64,000 nt of DNA, taken from Haliotis rubra. Its lineage: Eukaryota. A model generated the notes under the pieces. The model was given only the letters and a program-made list of their open reading frames with translations. It ran no database searches and had not been told where the DNA came from. Of this stretch, positions 63,748-64,000 are shown in pieces. The position numbers and the translations under genes are program-made. The stretch spans positions 310,001-374,000 of the forward strand of contig NW_025766958.1 of the NCBI RefSeq assembly GCF_003918875.1, in the 5' to 3' direction. Position 1 is the first letter of the stretch; each line of letters starts with the position of its first letter.

Positions 63748-63880
63748 CACCTGTGAAGATCCGGGTTAGAATTGGTCTTCAGCAACCTGTCATCGATTGA
63801 TGCTCATGATGTTGATCACTGGATTGTCTGGTCTTGGCTCGACTGCCGTCATATATCTAGAATACTGTGGAGTGCTGCAC
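63748..63880 (+). mobile_element. Retroposon family B, deleted and degenerate
   Basis: cacctgtgaagatccgggttagaattggtcttcagcaacc head. Confidence 0.8.
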
Positions 63881-64000
63881 CACCACCAATTCCACCAAAC
63901 ATCACGCACGCACCGACCACTGTCACCACAAATACAACAAACCCCATGACCACCAAAACCTCAAAACACCACACCCACCCAACAACACCACCAAATAACT

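Noticed and set aside
63880-64000. C/A-rich terminal sequence as a telomere-like repeat
   Set aside because: Irregular low-complexity tract with no fixed unit, truncated by the window edge.

Overview
Eukaryotic, AT-rich invertebrate genomic DNA. A mollusc or gastropod source is my inference from repeat style and is not demonstrated. The + strand carries most of a rhotekin (RTKN/RTKN2-like) gene with HR1, anillin-homology and PH domains. I traced nine frame-consistent GT-AG exons from 22783 to 34934, a probable first coding exon at 19152-19244, a probable terminal exon at 41679-41815 and a probable long 3' UTR ending near 48.4 kb. The last intron holds a 6.4-kb DIRS1-type tyrosine-recombinase retrotransposon with ITRs, an ICR, gag, RT-RNaseH-methyltransferase and an overlapping YR ORF, disrupted mainly by single-base indels. 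The exon(s) for the second half of the PH domain are not present in this sequence. The rest is dense in non-autonomous elements: a tRNA-derived SINE (family A, about 18 copies), a second retroposon (family B), hAT-, Harbinger-, Mutator- and CACTA-like DNA elements, LINE 3' fragments and several minisatellites. Family B is the best candidate for an undescribed system. It has TSDs and a fixed 5' end, shows no visible Pol III promoter, and begins with a pseudoknot-forming ~70-nt head, which suggests a ribozyme-like RNA. No tools were run, so all family assignments rest on motif recognition by eye.
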